Positions 9,930 through 18,488 of a stretch of 64,000 bases of DNA are shown one piece after another (the stretch's first letter is position 1; every line of letters begins with the position of its first letter). The notes below the pieces were generated by a model. It saw only the letters and a list, made by a program, of their open reading frames with translations. It was not told the origin of the DNA and did not search any database. The position numbers were made by a program, and so were the translations under genes. Source of the stretch: Candidatus Bathyarchaeota archaeon. Its GTDB lineage: Archaea > Thermoproteota > Bathyarchaeia > Bathyarchaeales > Bathycorpusculaceae. The stretch lies in contig CAWGYA010000008.1 of NCBI GenBank assembly GCA_963826715.1, positions 800,001 to 864,000 of the forward strand. The letters are read 5' to 3'.

Positions 9930-10898
9930 CTAATATCCATCTTTCTTATTAACTATGTTTAACATTGGTTTTTTTTGTATAAACAAAAGCAAGTTTTCGC
10001 AAAATAGATTAGTGATTCTTTCATTAAATAGTTTAGAAACTCCTGCCATATGTGGGGTAATTATCACGTTTTCTAATTCCCAAAATTTTGAATTTATTGG
10101 CAGTGGTTCCTCATTGAAAGTGTCTATGGCCGCTCCTGCGATCTTACCTTGCTCTAATGCGCTTAGTAGTTTATCCTCATCAATTATTTTGCCTCTGCTG
10201 ACATTTATCAAGTAAGCGGTTTTTTTCATTGAGAGTAATTGATGTTCACCGATTAGTCCTTTAGTTTCTTCAGTTAATGGAAGTGTCAAAACTATGAAAT
10301 CGGACTTTGTCAGAAACTGATCTAAATCTTGCAATAAAAATAACTCGTCCAGATAAGACGGTTTTGTGATTAAATTCTTCTTTACACCAAGTACGTTCAT
10401 TCCAAGGCATTTGGCTTTTTTTGCCAGCTCTTTTCCGGTATTACCGATACCTATTATCCCAAGAGTTTTTCCAGCCAATTCCTCGAGTAGTTCTGATGAA
10501 TACCCACCATATCGATTCCATTTTTTCTTAGATTTATTTTCAATGAATAAATCCATTCTTCTTGTTAAAAAAAGCATGAACATAATTATATGCTCTGAAA
10601 TTGCTGTCGAAAATATTCCTCCCGCATTTGTTATTATAACTTCACTTGTGAGAAGTTCATGATAATAGAATCGGTCGATTCCAACACCTGTACACTGAAT
10701 CCATTTGAGTTTCTTAGCTTTTAAGAGCATTTCTCTTGAAAATTTTCCCGCAAATAACACGTCAGCTTCTTCTATTAACATTAATAACTCTGATTCATCG
10801 CTACATTTCTTTAACTTTATATCTTTTGAAATATCTTGAATTTTTTCCATATACTTGTCTGGTATGTCAAAAGAAATGAGAATGTTCAGTTTTTTCAT
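9930..10898 (-). CDS. D-2-hydroxyacid dehydrogenase (NAD-dependent)
   Basis: GIIGIGNTG, INVSRG, EEPLP, TPHMAG; likely start is ATG at 10898 behind a GGAGA SD rather than 11066. Confidence 0.9.
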   Translation of the reverse strand: MKKLNILISFDIPDKYMEKIQDISKDIKLKKCSDESELLMLIEEADVLFAGKFSREMLLKAKKLKWIQCTGVGIDRFYYHELLTSEVIITNAGGIFSTAISEHIIMFMLFLTRRMDLFIENKSKKKWNRYGGYSSELLEELAGKTLGIIGIGNTGKELAKKAKCLGMNVLGVKKNLITKPSYLDELFLLQDLDQFLTKSDFIVLTLPLTEETKGLIGEHQLLSMKKTAYLINVSRGKIIDEDKLLSALEQGKIAGAAIDTFNEEPLPINSKFWELENVIITPHMAGVSKLFNERITNLFCENLLLFIQKKPMLNIVNKKDGY

Positions 10899-10962
10899 CG
10901 CTATATCTCCATGGGACAAACACTTATTAGTAGATATATTAAGAACAAATTTAAACAAGTGA

Positions 10963-11742
10963 TTGACTTTGGAGTTTTTCCTATTCACTAAAGATTTAGA
11001 TTTAGCGTTAAGAGCAGAAAGCGCAGGTATAGATAATATAGTTGTTGATTGGGAATCAAGAGGCAAGAGCCAAAGGCAACATGGTCACAATTTAGAAATA
11101 AACGCGGACACTACTGAAAATCTATGTAGTCTGGCAAAAGTTCTTAGAATACCAATTACAACCAGGTTAAACTCATTATCTAATAATACGCCTCGCGAAG
11201 TCGATTTAGCTCTTGAAAATGGTTCAAAAATCTTAATGTTACCGATGGCAAAGACTTCAAAGGATGCTGAAACGTTTTTAGATATCGTTGATGGGCGGGC
11301 AAAAACAATTATCCAGATTGAAACACCGAGTCTTGTTAACGAAATTTCTACTTTCAACTCTTTGGATTGGGATTATGCCTATATTGGTTTAAATGATTTG
11401 ATGGTTGCAAGTGGAAGACATAGTATATGGGAAGCGATTGCGGATGGAACAGCTGAGAGAATCTGCAAAAATTTGAAAGGTAGACTTTTTGGGTTTGGCG
11501 GATCAACTATCCTTGGTGGAGGTGAGCCAATTCTGAATGTTTTGATAATTCATGAGTTAGTACGTCTTGGAGGAAAAATGACGATTTTGAGACGTACTTT
11601 TAAGAATGAGTTATTGGACCGTGATTTGAAGTTGGAAATCGATTCATTAAGAAAATTCATAGAGTGCAGTGAACGAAGAGGGCAAAGAGCTATAGCTTTT
11701 GATCATGAGCACTTGATGAGGATAATTAATTTATCGGTTTAA
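10963..11742 (+). CDS. HpcH/HpaI aldolase/citrate lyase family protein
   Basis: VVDWESRGK, LMLPM, IQIET, YIGLNDL, FGFGG motifs. Confidence 0.75.
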   Translation: MTLEFFLFTKDLDLALRAESAGIDNIVVDWESRGKSQRQHGHNLEINADTTENLCSLAKVLRIPITTRLNSLSNNTPREVDLALENGSKILMLPMAKTSKDAETFLDIVDGRAKTIIQIETPSLVNEISTFNSLDWDYAYIGLNDLMVASGRHSIWEAIADGTAERICKNLKGRLFGFGGSTILGGGEPILNVLIIHELVRLGGKMTILRRTFKNELLDRDLKLEIDSLRKFIECSERRGQRAIAFDHEHLMRIINLSV

Positions 11743-11843
11743 AATTAACTCGCTTTGCTTCAATTTTTGTTCAATACTTAATAATTATAGTACAATAAAT
11801 TTAACAACTTCTACTTTGCCATAAATATAATCAATAAGGTCGC

Positions 11844-12719
11844 TTGTATTTGCCAGAAAACGATCCGAAAAAAGAAATAATAAAAAAAATAATAGCTGAA
11901 AAGAAACCTGAATCTATAAAGCAAGCTATTTTTCTAGTTCATGAAGAATTTGGCATACCTGAAAAAGAGATTTTTTTTGCAATCCAAGAATTGAATGAAA
12001 GTAAAGAACTTTTTTTGGATGAACTAAAATTTCCAGAGTCAGTTACTGACTACCTGTTTTCTCTAAGAGGTGCATGGTATTGGTTAATCATGTTTCTATC
12101 TTTTTTTACTGTAATATTGATTTTTTTAGTTCCCGAGAATTCATTTCCACAAATTTACGCACGCAATTTTCTAGGGCTTCTTTTTGTTGCATATTTGCCT
12201 GGCTATTCAGTAATCAAAACTCTATATCCTATTAGTCTCCCTGTAAAAACTCGGTATCTGACGCTAGACACAGTTGAACGCATCGTTTTAAGTCTAGGTC
12301 TTAGCTTATCGATCACCCCCCTTGTCGGTTTGATTCTTTATAATACGCCGTTTGGTCTGAATTTAGAGCCTGTCACGATAAGTCTTTTTGCTTTAACGAC
12401 TTTTTTTGCGACATTGGGGCTATTTCGGGAATATCAGGCTAGAAAAGCTATGTTTTTGCGAAGAGTGATTTTAGTAAGTGACTATGAGTTTGTTGATGAT
12501 ACAATTAGATTTTTTTCTATTCAGGGATTGATAAATAAACGCAGAATTATTGTCAAGGAAATTCCTGTTGGCGAAATATCTAGTATAGATAGTTATGGGA
12601 ATGAATTGAGTGTTACGTCTACTAATGGTATTGCTCATATATTTTATCTTAATCGAAATCAATCGTTTGTCGAATTGAAAACTAGAATTCGGGATATTAT
12701 TAACAAAAGAGCCCAGTAA
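11844..12719 (+). CDS. DUF1616-like membrane protein with C-terminal PH-like domain
   Basis: LGLLFVAYLPGY and ERIVLSLGLSLSITPLVGLILYNTPFGL; tail homologous to the N-terminus of 14658-15566. Confidence 0.75.
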   Translation: MYLPENDPKKEIIKKIIAEKKPESIKQAIFLVHEEFGIPEKEIFFAIQELNESKELFLDELKFPESVTDYLFSLRGAWYWLIMFLSFFTVILIFLVPENSFPQIYARNFLGLLFVAYLPGYSVIKTLYPISLPVKTRYLTLDTVERIVLSLGLSLSITPLVGLILYNTPFGLNLEPVTISLFALTTFFATLGLFREYQARKAMFLRRVILVSDYEFVDDTIRFFSIQGLINKRRIIVKEIPVGEISSIDSYGNELSVTSTNGIAHIFYLNRNQSFVELKTRIRDIINKRAQ

Positions 12720-12828
12720 ATCTAATTTTTGTTTTTTTGTTTCAAAATTTAGATTTTTGATGCCGTTTTGTTTTTTCAACAATACTGAAAGATGTCTTGA
12801 AAATGAAAAAGATTTTTAATCTTTTGAT

Positions 12829-14199
12829 TTATGGATTTATATATAGTTCAGCGTTAGCGAACCATGCTATGCCTTGGAAAGTCACGGGGATTGCTTGTAA
12901 CCACATAATCATGCCTGTTATTTTTGTAGATTCCGCTAGAGGTGTACCATCCATCGCTTTCGTGTAGATTGTGGACGGTACAATTATGTCCCATGTTATA
13001 TGTGTCCATGTTGTCGTTCCCCAGCTAACACTGCTGCTTGCAACCTCGGCACCGGCATGCGGATAGCCGTCCACAATAACGCTTGCTCCGTTTCCGTTCG
13101 GGGCATAGAAGTCTAAGCCGAGCCTGGAACCCTTAAAATCTACATCTTCACCTACATATTTTATTGAATCCGTTTTTGCCCAGACTTTTGCTATAATGTG
13201 GTCTCCTGGTTTTACAGAGTACCCTTTACAATTAACCTCGCGGTTGACATTTATGTCAGCCGTAGTGTGTTTTTGAAGTCTTATGCTTGGATTTCCATTG
13301 TAGGTTATGCTTTGATCAAGAAAAGCAATTTGTGTTCCTGTTCCAAAAATGATGTTTCCTTGATAGTCTGGCCAACTCCATGGAATTGTGGCCAAGTTTG
13401 TCAGTGGTCTTGGTGTGGACGTTGGAGTTGGTGTGGGGGTTATGGTTGGTTTGGGGGTGGGTGTTGGAGTAGGTGTTTGTGTGGGGGTTGGGTTCGGAGT
13501 TGGTTTGGGTGTTGATGTTGGAGTAGGTGTTGGTGTGGGGGTTGTGGTTGGTTTGGGGGTGGGTGTTGGAGTGGGGGTTGGGTTCGGAGTTGGTATAGGC
13601 GTGGATGTTGGAGTAGGTGTTGGTGTGGGGGTTGGGTTCGGAGTTGGAGTAGCTGTTGGAGGAGTCAAGGTTGGTAAGGGTGTTGGTGTGTTAATAATCA
13701 TGGGTAGAGGTTGTTGGATTGGTATAGCTGTGGGTGTTGGTTCCGGTGATGCAGATGGTGTTGGTGGAGTTGTGGGGTTAACATTTTCTTGTGGTGATAC
13801 TGTTGTTGGGTAATTAAAGGGGTTAAGTTTTTTATTCTGGCTATTATTTTCCTGCGCAATATTTGGTATAGGCTTAGGTGTTTCTGATGGTGATGTTTGA
13901 AGGATAGTTAGGGCTGGGATTTGATTTGCCATCGTTTGGTTTTTGTTCACCGTTAAAAAATCTATGTTCTCTCCGCCAACAAAATTTATTGCTGACGCAA
14001 AGGAAAACATCACTAGTAGGCATAATAGCAATGTTTCTCCAATTTTTGCGTTGTTTGACAGTGGGCGGATGGCGTTCCGAGAGGCAGTTGGAAGTATATG
14101 TAGTGTCGTTAACAATATTTGTTGTAAGTGGCGTTTTTCTACGTGCTCTTTTATTGAGTGGAATTTCTTTTGTGTATATTTTAAGTTCAGCCTTCTCAC
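12829..14199 (-). CDS. Membrane-anchored/secreted protein with Pro/Thr linker and CBM-like C-terminal domain, paralogue C
   Basis: Hydrophobic segment, long (PT)n linker, domain ending [12 protein letters not shown]. Confidence 0.75.
   Translation of the reverse strand: MRRLNLKYTQKKFHSIKEHVEKRHLQQILLTTLHILPTASRNAIRPLSNNAKIGETLLLCLLVMFSFASAINFVGGENIDFLTVNKNQTMANQIPALTILQTSPSETPKPIPNIAQENNSQNKKLNPFNYPTTVSPQENVNPTTPPTPSASPEPTPTAIPIQQPLPMIINTPTPLPTLTPPTATPTPNPTPTPTPTPTSTPIPTPNPTPTPTPTPKPTTTPTPTPTPTSTPKPTPNPTPTQTPTPTPTPKPTITPTPTPTSTPRPLTNLATIPWSWPDYQGNIIFGTGTQIAFLDQSITYNGNPSIRLQKHTTADINVNREVNCKGYSVKPGDHIIAKVWAKTDSIKYVGEDVDFKGSRLGLDFYAPNGNGASVIVDGYPHAGAEVASSSVSWGTTTWTHITWDIIVPSTIYTKAMDGTPLAESTKITGMIMWLQAIPVTFQGIAWFANAELYINP
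13405..13700 (-). repeat. Coding low-complexity (Pro-Thr)n tandem repeats
   Basis: Repeated ggtgttggtgtgggggttgg-type units encoding [14 protein letters not shown]. Confidence 0.9.
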
Positions 14200-14657
14200 T
14201 ATTTCCCTCTCTCCGACTTACCGATTGCTTGAAATTAGTTTCCTGTACCTTTTTGTAGCTTTTCTATAAAAAGAACCTTGTGGTATCGTTTAGTTTGCGT
14301 TTGCTTCTCGGGAAGTCAAATTAGCTGAAAGTTGGTTTGTTTTTTGAAATTTTTAAACAATACGAGAAATAGTTACTAGATGATTTTTAAGAATGTCTTT
14401 TAAGGATCTTTTTCAAAATTTAAATTGCCTACCGGTCTTACCATATTTTCAATTTATACTATTTTAAAAACTGCAATTTTTAAAGTAGGAATTCTGGACT
14501 TAATTGAGTAAACTTGAAAATATTGCGCTTTAAGGGAGGCTTTTAGAAGTTTTAAATTCAGTTAGAGCAATAAATGATCGTTGCCAAATGTTTTTTTATA
14601 CAAGGAACTTTATTAAATCATTTTTAGTTAATTACATGATAAGTTTGAGGTATTTAC

Positions 14658-15566
14658 GTGGCAAGCTCCAATAAAGACTCTTCACCAGATTCCCTTTTCC
14701 CTAGGCGAGTCTTTACAGTATCTGACTATGAGGTTTCCAACGATGTCTTGAAGTTTTTTATTCTAAAAGGTTTATTCTGGAAGAAGCAGGTTTTGGTGAA
14801 GGAGATACCCGTTCATGAGATAGATAGCGTGGAGAGTTATTGGAATGAGCTAAGTGTGACTTGGAACGGAGTTACAAACATATTTTTTAAAAAAAATAGT
14901 TTTGAATCTTTCAGTGATCTTCGGGATAAACTCCGTGGGATGCTTAAAGAGTACCAAGAAACTTTGGAATCCAATGAGAGAGCAAGTCTGATAAAGAAGG
15001 ATTTGATCGGGATAATTCCTATTGTTGATGGTTGTTTTGATATACTGATGAGTTTACGTGAAAAAGGAGTTAGTTGGTTATCAGTTAAAAAATACTATTA
15101 TAATAATTTAAGTCGAAACTGCAATTTAAAAAATGAAATCTTGCCTTCAATAGTCTTGGATTTTTCCGAGTTATCTGAAGCTATAGACAAAGAATTGCCT
15201 AGAAAAGTCGCAAAAGAGATTCACAGTATTCTTGAAATAATCCATGATTATTTTTATGGTTTTAGTTCGCAGATCGTTGAGTTTCCTGAAGGGCATCCGA
15301 ACTTTCAGGATATGATCTCTTTTGTTGATTCTTATTACACTCTTAACGATATCCTGTTTGGAAAAGTGTTGGGTGAAGTTGAAAATCCTCGAGAGAATGA
15401 ATATCTTGAAGGTTTGTTGAAAAAGTTATTTGATGAAACCAACTTTAAAGTTAATTTTGACGAGCTTAAGACTTGTTTTAGTGCACTAAGCAGTGAGGAT
15501 GATTCTGAAGGTATAATAGCTGATGCCAGGGGCATTTTCAGAGAAAAACTATCCGAATTAAAGTAA
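14658..15566 (+). CDS. Hypothetical soluble protein with N-terminal PH-like domain
   Basis: 302-aa ORF with GAGGT SD; N-terminus matches the tail of 11844-12719. Confidence 0.7.
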   Translation: MASSNKDSSPDSLFPRRVFTVSDYEVSNDVLKFFILKGLFWKKQVLVKEIPVHEIDSVESYWNELSVTWNGVTNIFFKKNSFESFSDLRDKLRGMLKEYQETLESNERASLIKKDLIGIIPIVDGCFDILMSLREKGVSWLSVKKYYYNNLSRNCNLKNEILPSIVLDFSELSEAIDKELPRKVAKEIHSILEIIHDYFYGFSSQIVEFPEGHPNFQDMISFVDSYYTLNDILFGKVLGEVENPRENEYLEGLLKKLFDETNFKVNFDELKTCFSALSSEDDSEGIIADARGIFREKLSELK

Positions 15567-15780
15567 TTAAGCATCTTATCGTTTATTTTCTAAAATCTAT
15601 TTTCTTTTTTATATTTTTGATTGGTATGTATGTTTATTGATAGTGAGTTATTTTATTGCTTTATTATTTTGAGGGTGATTTACTTTTTGATAGTAATATT
15701 TATCAATTATTGTCCCTCGAATGCTTAGCTAAAAAAAGCACAATTGGTAGCTAAAAAAAAGAAAAGTTGAAAGTTGCTGT

Positions 15781-16542
15781 TTATGGGTTTATGTATAGTT
15801 GTGCGTTGGCGAACCATGCGTGCCCTGGATCAGTTGAGCCATAAGTGCTGCTCCAAACCTGCATCCAAAGAATCATACCGCTGGGTGTTTGGCCACTGAT
15901 TGTTTGTGGTACTGTAAAATCTATGGTTCTTTGTGTCCACTGTGATGTTCCCCAGTTAACATAGTTTATTCTTACTCCTTGGTCAGTGTCAGGGTATGTC
16001 GGTGATTGTACGGAGCCAATTCTTTGGCCATTTCTATAGAAGTCTATGCCTATTCTTGCTCCAGAGTACGGGTTAGTGTCACCATAGCCGCTTTCAGTCG
16101 TCTTCATCCAACAGGTGAAAACGATGTGCTGACCTGGTTTAACAGAGATCCCGTCGCTGTTGATTTCTCTTGCTGAATTGATATCTGTGATAGTGTGGCG
16201 ATCTATGCGAATGCTTGCTTGATTGTTGTATGTCACTGTAGAGTCCAAATGGATGATTTGTGGACCTGTACCGTAGGTTAACTCCCATTTAATTGGTTGT
16301 TGTAGGTTATTTATTGGTACAACATTGGTCGTCGCTGGTGCAGTAGTAACTGGCGTAGTTGTTATTTGTACAGATGTTGATGTAGCTGTCGAACTGGATT
16401 GCTGATTCGAGTAGTGCCAATAATGGTGCCGGTAGGTATGTGCCTCTGCAGTTCCAATTTGAACTGGCAGAGCTACTGAGCTACAGGACAATAGTGCAAC
16501 TGAGACCACAAGAGCTGCAAAAATTATGATTTTTCTGTTCAT
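15781..16542 (-). CDS. Secreted protein with CBM-like C-terminal domain, paralogue B
   Basis: Signal peptide, His-rich patch, Ser/Thr linker; last 31 aa identical to paralogue A. Confidence 0.75.
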   Translation of the reverse strand: MNRKIIIFAALVVSVALLSCSSVALPVQIGTAEAHTYRHHYWHYSNQQSSSTATSTSVQITTTPVTTAPATTNVVPINNLQQPIKWELTYGTGPQIIHLDSTVTYNNQASIRIDRHTITDINSAREINSDGISVKPGQHIVFTCWMKTTESGYGDTNPYSGARIGIDFYRNGQRIGSVQSPTYPDTDQGVRINYVNWGTSQWTQRTIDFTVPQTISGQTPSGMILWMQVWSSTYGSTDPGHAWFANAQLYINP

Positions 16543-17121
16543 TGAATGTCCCTCGCTTTAATCAATCTTAAAAAGCTTGGAGCTTTTTTTACGATTTTTT
16601 GTATTTCGAATCCTCTCTCTTTCAAAGCAAATTCTTCCTTAATTTCTGCAACTTATCAATTGCGTCAATTTTATAGATTGTTGCGAATTTGTATTGTGAA
16701 TCTTGTCAAGTTGTATTTATTTTTTTGTTAAGTCTGGTTTGCAAATTTTATTAAATGAAGATCTTGTTTTAAGCTGAAGATAATTGATGCTTTGTGGTTA
16801 GTTAAACAATGAAATAATTTTTCCTGGTTTACATTGATCTTTTTCGAGATCTTTTTTAGATTTAATTCTACTCGAATTCCATTTGGATAATTTGTGAGAT
16901 GGGTCATGCTGCATCTAAGGACTTTGGAAAAAATGGAGGTAGAATCAAAGTTGATGAAGATGTCGGATATTTCAATGCCGATTGTGCCCGATAAAAACTA
17001 TAATTATTCAGCCATGGGCTAGTTAGTTGTCTACTATTGCTTTCCCATTGACTAGTAAGTTTATCGTTTTAAAATAGGGCGGGTAACGTTAAATGAGGTT
17101 TTTGGGGATGAATCCTTATTC

Positions 17122-17784
17122 TTATGTTATTCGGGTGGCTGTTTCTATTATGAATCCTTTTCTGCCTAAATTATATGTTAATCTTCTTGTTGGAATAATT
17201 GTTCCAGCCATTTTTCTAATGATTAGGTGTCGCATTGTTGAGTCTGCTGCCCAATTTAATGCAAAGTTTACTGAACCTTCCGCGTAATGATTCATTGTGG
17301 TTTCGGCTTGTGGGTCTTGCATCCCTTCGGTGAGCAGGAGCAGATGGAAGTTTTGGCTGTTTCGGTTTTGATCGGTCATGTTGGTTATTAGACTAACTAT
17401 TTCTTTGATCTTGTGTCCAAGGAGCAATTCCGAGGTTGAATCTATAGCAACGATTCTTGATTGTTTCATTTCATCTAAAATTGTGTTAGAAAGTGAAGTC
17501 GCTGTGATGTTTTTGAGACTTTTGAATGCCCATGTTCCTGTTTCTTCAAAGGGTGTTGTGTCCCATCCGTAGGCAGACATGTCTTCTCTTATGCTTTCAG
17601 CTGTGGCGTTTACAGTGAAGTAAGTTACTGGGCAAGATTTTACTCTATTGAATAGGACTTGTCTGGCAAAGATTTCGTTTCCTGATCCTGGGGAACCTGT
17701 GAGCAGTATGACCTTTGGGGGTAGTCCTCCCATAAGAAATTCATCAAGCCCCGCAATTCCGGTCTTCACAGGTTTCATGATCAA
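17122..17784 (-). CDS. KaiC/RAD55-like RecA-superfamily ATPase with degenerate Walker A
   Basis: TGIAGLDEFLMGGLP, GSPGSGNE, IAIDS-type Walker B, RHLIIRKMAG. Confidence 0.85.
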   Translation of the reverse strand: MIMKPVKTGIAGLDEFLMGGLPPKVILLTGSPGSGNEIFARQVLFNRVKSCPVTYFTVNATAESIREDMSAYGWDTTPFEETGTWAFKSLKNITATSLSNTILDEMKQSRIVAIDSTSELLLGHKIKEIVSLITNMTDQNRNSQNFHLLLLTEGMQDPQAETTMNHYAEGSVNFALNWAADSTMRHLIIRKMAGTIIPTRRLTYNLGRKGFIIETATRIT

Positions 17785-17990
17785 TCAAGTCTTTTTTACC
17801 AACGAATAGGTTGTGCTTGATTATAACTTTTCTATTTTCAAATATTAATTAACTATCCAGATTGAACACTATAGGGAAAACTCGTTATTTTTTTAAATTC
17901 TTAGCGTCCTGTCAAAGGTGACTTTATGATTCAGTTTATTTCGTGTTTAAGTGAAATAAAGTAAATGCTTGCTTTTGAAATTTGTTAAGT

Positions 17991-18380
17991 TTAGGTTTTT
18001 GTTTTTTTCTGCTTTTTTTCTAGCGCATCTAGTCTTTTGGAGACTGTTTCAAAGTTATTTTGAATTATGCTCTCTAATTTGTCGAATCGGCTATTTAGAT
18101 CCTCTTGGTTGAGCTGTGTATTAGCGGCTTTTTTGTTTCTTCCAAAAAATAAACCGATGCCGCCCACAATAAACAAAACAACTGAGAGTATTATCCATGG
18201 TGTCATTGCAGAAAAGAATGATGCAAGAAAATCATCGGCTGATCCTGATGATCCAATAAGCATTGCAGTTGAAGGATTAATCATGTCAGTTAAACCATTG
18301 ACGAAGACAACAAATATGACAAGCGTTGCTAAACAACAAAAAAAGTATCCTGCGATCGTCAAAACTTTCATAAAATGCAT
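17991..18380 (-). CDS. Small two-TM membrane protein with coiled-coil tail
   Basis: Two hydrophobic helices and a heptad-like C-terminus. Confidence 0.6.
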   Translation of the reverse strand: MHFMKVLTIAGYFFCCLATLVIFVVFVNGLTDMINPSTAMLIGSSGSADDFLASFFSAMTPWIILSVVLFIVGGIGLFFGRNKKAANTQLNQEDLNSRFDKLESIIQNNFETVSKRLDALEKKQKKTKT

Positions 18381-18488
18381 TATATATTCAATTTCTTTTA
18401 AGACTTCCCTAATAAATCTTCAAACAACAATTAGCTGTTTTTAGTCAAAAATTACTGGAAATTGAAAAAAAGAATTTTGTATAGAAAA

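Noticed and set aside
10899-11066. N-terminal extension of the dehydrogenase in the ORF track
   Set aside because: Overlaps the divergent aldolase gene; a better ATG with SD is at 10898
13405-13700. Possible CRISPR-like or satellite array
   Set aside because: In-frame coding repeats with no unique spacers; no CRISPR array or cas gene seen in the window
13388-13813. Plus-strand (GV)n ORF
   Set aside because: Antisense shadow of the Pro/Thr linker of 12829-14199
5888-16113. Diversity-generating retroelement TR/VR pair
   Set aside because: No reverse transcriptase; only two mismatches in the patches, one not at adenine; both copies are coding
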